From Candidatus Sulfomarinibacteraceae bacterium (lineage in GTDB: Bacteria > Acidobacteriota > Thermoanaerobaculia > Thermoanaerobaculales > Sulfomarinibacteraceae): a stretch of DNA of 64,000 nt. Below the pieces are notes generated by a model. That model did no database searches and was not told where the DNA came from. It saw nothing but the letters and a program-made list of their open reading frames with translations. Made by a program: the position numbers and the translations under genes. This document shows positions 61,505 to 64,000 of the stretch, piece by piece; the stretch's first letter is position 1; each line of letters opens with the position of its first letter. The DNA is taken from contig CAWCLO010000005.1 of NCBI GenBank assembly GCA_963796455.1, forward strand, positions 32,001 to 96,000, in the 5' to 3' direction.

Positions 61505-62565
61505 TGGACCACCACCGGTTTCTGGGACGAATTCGGGGTCACCTGAAGCTGAACGCGCACGTCCCGAAAGCCATCTCGGCTCCCGACAACGGTATAGGTT
61601 CCGGGTCTCAGATCCAACTCCCGGCGAACGAATGTGCCCTGCCGACCGACCTTGTAAATCACCACATCGGTCAGATTGTCACTTTCGATCACGACTCGAA
61701 TCGGTCGTGAAGCGACATCAACGACTTCCTGCAGCCTTTTGATCTGAGCCTCGAGCCGGGGACCGGGCGGATTGACCGCACGGGCTTCATCGAGCAGATC
61801 GTTCACCTCTTCAAAAACCTTGGCCGAGGAGAGTCGAACGGGATTTCGCAGGTGGTATTCGAGTTTTTCGTCGAGTTTGGATCGGGTGCTCGAACGGTCG
61901 AAACCGGTGAGGGCCGAGGCGGCCGCGGGATCGATTGCCAGTATTTCGGTGTAGGTCTTTTCCGCTTCCTGCCACCGTTCTGCCTTTTCGAGATCCGCGG
62001 CCAATCGAATTCCTGCGGCGATTGCATCGCGCCGTTCTCCGGCGGCGACTCTTGCGAGGCCGTCCGCGACCTCAGGTGCATTCGGCCGCAGTCGGGAGGC
62101 GGTTTCAAACGCGGTGCCGGCCTCCTGCCACTGTCTCCGTTCGAGGGCCTCCAGGCCCTCGGACATTGCGCGGGCGTATGCCCGTTCGTCTTCAGACGGA
62201 CCGCGTGTCGGCGCTGCGGGGCGATAAGAGGGGGGCGGGGTGTCGCGGACAACCGGTTGCTGCGGCGGTGTGGTGGGAATCGGTGGAACGTGCGCTGGAC
62301 CGGCCGTAGGCTCCATCGGTGTCGGTGCCTGGAGTTCGATGTTGTCGGCTGCGCTGGATGTTGTCCGACCCTGCCATTTCGGAAGGAGAAGAAAGACGGC
62401 CGCGAGAACGGCAAAGAGAACGCCAAAAAGGGCGAAAGCGGCGGATCTTGAATAGAACCACGAACCTTGGCCTCCAGGGGATGGCCCATCCGGCGATCTT
62501 GGTTCACGGGCAGCAGGTATTCGCGGCGGAGGCTGCAGCCGCGGCGGCCGCTCACGGTCTCCCAT
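61486..62565 (-). CDS. TM-Pro-rich linker-TPR-PEGA-like protein
   Basis: Single TM (FALFGVLFAVLAAVFLLL), Pro-rich stretch, TPR-like helices. Confidence 0.75.
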   Translation of the reverse strand: MGDRERPPRLQPPPRIPAAREPRSPDGPSPGGQGSWFYSRSAAFALFGVLFAVLAAVFLLLPKWQGRTTSSAADNIELQAPTPMEPTAGPAHVPPIPTTPPQQPVVRDTPPPSYRPAAPTRGPSEDERAYARAMSEGLEALERRQWQEAGTAFETASRLRPNAPEVADGLARVAAGERRDAIAAGIRLAADLEKAERWQEAEKTYTEILAIDPAAASALTGFDRSSTRSKLDEKLEYHLRNPVRLSSAKVFEEVNDLLDEARAVNPPGPRLEAQIKRLQEVVDVASRPIRVVIESDNLTDVVIYKVGRQGTFVRRELDLRPGTYTVVGSRDGFRDVRVQLQVTPNSSQKPVVVQCREAL

Positions 62566-62568
62566 GGC

Positions 62569-63847
62569 TTAGCGGGAATCCTGTTGCAGCCGGCCTGAGG
62601 TGGAGCCTTCGCTTTCAGATTCCACTGCAGCCGGTTGGTTGGGATCCTGCGGAAAACCGGTTTCGGTGGTCCAGATCTCCTGCAGGAGGCGCCGCCATTC
62701 CTGATACTGGGTTTCCGCCGTACCGGTCAGTCGCAGGGTCTGTCCCTCGACCTGGATCACAATCGGCTGCAGTTCGGTCTCCACCGAGCCGCCGAGTTCG
62801 CGCAGCGCTTCGGCGTGGATCTTTGCCTCTTTGGAAGTTCCGATGCCGGCGTGGATCGCCGCCATTCCGCCGACCACCGCGGCGTCGCGGACCACCGCAG
62901 CAGCCTGTGATCCGGGATCGGCCAGAATTGCTCCGAGGATGGCCAGACCGCCAAGGATCTTCTGTGTCATGGCCTTGCGTTTGAGTGCTCGATAGGCCTT
63001 TTCCTCCTCGAAGGTGTACTTGCGCCAACTGTCGTAGGGCCCAGCCATCTGCTCGAAATAGTTGGCGTAGTACTGATCGAGGGTGTCGACGAAGAGGTTT
63101 TCGCTGCCGCGAATGCCGTCGATGCGTCGCATCATCGGATCCTCGCGCGCCGGAAGCCGGGTTGTCGTGACGCGTCCCTTTTTGTTGGTCGTCAGATATT
63201 CCTGGAACGGAACCGGGGCGACATCGGCCGCGAACTGCATCCGGGACACCTGTCGTATGGCCGTCACGTGGTGGGTTTTGAGTTTCTGCCGCGCCTTGAG
63301 AAGGTCGTTGGAAATTTCGTTGTAAATCGACTGGAAGGGGTCGATCTTGCCTCCCTCAGAGCTCAAATAGACGAGTTCATCCGCTTCCGCCCGGTAGCGC
63401 TCCGTCGAGCCACTCGCGACCGGTGGCGTCGACGGCCCGGACGTCGAGAGCGAGCCGCATGCCGGTCGACAGGAGGATCGTCGCGGAGACCTTGAGATCC
63501 GTGAACCCCTGGTCTCCGGGCAGGACTCTCACCGCGCCCCACTGGCCGGTGGCCTGCATGGTGTTTTTGAGTTGGATGGCGAGAAACCGGGACTCCGCCT
63601 CGCGAAGCTCCGGAAAGACATCGTCGGGCACCGGTTGACCTGCCGGTGGCAATCCGGGATCGAAGACCTTGATCCCGACGTCGAGCAACTGGTCCTGCGG
63701 GATTTCACCGGTGGCCTGAATCGCCTGGATGGTCTGGGAGCCGGAGGTTGACGATCCTTGGGACGCACAGCCGGCGCCGATCAAAAGGATCGTGAATACT
63801 CCGAGAGCCCTTGAATATCGACCTGCCTTGATCGGAAACCCCGTCAT
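62569..63847 (-). pseudogene. Lipoprotein gene split by a 1-nt frameshift (or a sequencing error)
   Basis: Lipobox-like LIGAGC. Removing one base at 63402-63403 joins the 156-aa and 265-aa ORFs into one 425-aa frame (WLDERYRAEADELVYLSSEGG). Confidence 0.7.
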
Positions 63848-63848
63848 T

Positions 63849-64000
63849 TCAGTTGCTCCCGGATGAGGAAACCGACGCCTTGTAGCGTCGGTATTCGTCC
63901 CAGAGTTTTTCGCGCAACTCGGGGTCCTGCTCCGTCATGGCGGCCTCGCGGAGTTGTCGGGCCACGATGTCATCGTCAGATCCATCGCCGACATCGGTCG
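63849..64000 (-). CDS. C-terminus of a hypothetical protein (5' end outside the window)
   Basis: My translation: ...DDDIVARQLREAAMTEQDPELREKLWDEYRRYKASVSSSGSN*; stop 1 nt before the next start. Confidence 0.7.
   Translation of the reverse strand, partial: TDVGDGSDDDIVARQLREAAMTEQDPELREKLWDEYRRYKASVSSSGSN

Overview
GC-rich window from a diderm bacterium. Gene content and repeat style suggest Acidobacteriota, but that is inference only. It holds about 50 protein genes: housekeeping (lon, nrdR, pcnB, ligA, queD, surE, pyrimidine-nucleoside phosphorylase), two Na+/solute symporters and several two-component or sigma-54 regulators. I found no tRNA, rRNA, CRISPR array, transposase or reverse transcriptase. 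Four things stand out. (1) A transposase-less element family bounded by terminal inverted repeats (ATCACT..TGTCCAARACA ... TGTYTTGGACA..AGTGAT). Two copies carry only a four-helix-bundle (23S-IVP/Avd-like) gene whose ribosome-binding site sits in a long hairpin, and two are internally deleted. The two full copies flank an orphan response regulator in inverted orientation. (2) A second ~1 kb repeat family (3 copies) with nested 9-mer inverted arms around a conserved multi-hairpin core that shows compensatory changes. (3) A locus of four paralogous STAND-type ATPases (TPR-TM-ATPase, ATPase-kinase, a predicted inactive ATPase, wHTH-ATPase) bracketing two FadL/PorV-like beta-barrels. (4) An uncharacterised ExbB/TolQ motor operon with ExbD-like vWA proteins, an Hsp70-like/FHA protein, a PEGA/FGE protein and a frameshifted lipoprotein. 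Also seen: a predicted dead HDAC-family pseudoenzyme and two small membrane ORFs missing from the ORF track. Start codons were re-called by eye where a Shine-Dalgarno (SD) supported a shorter ORF.
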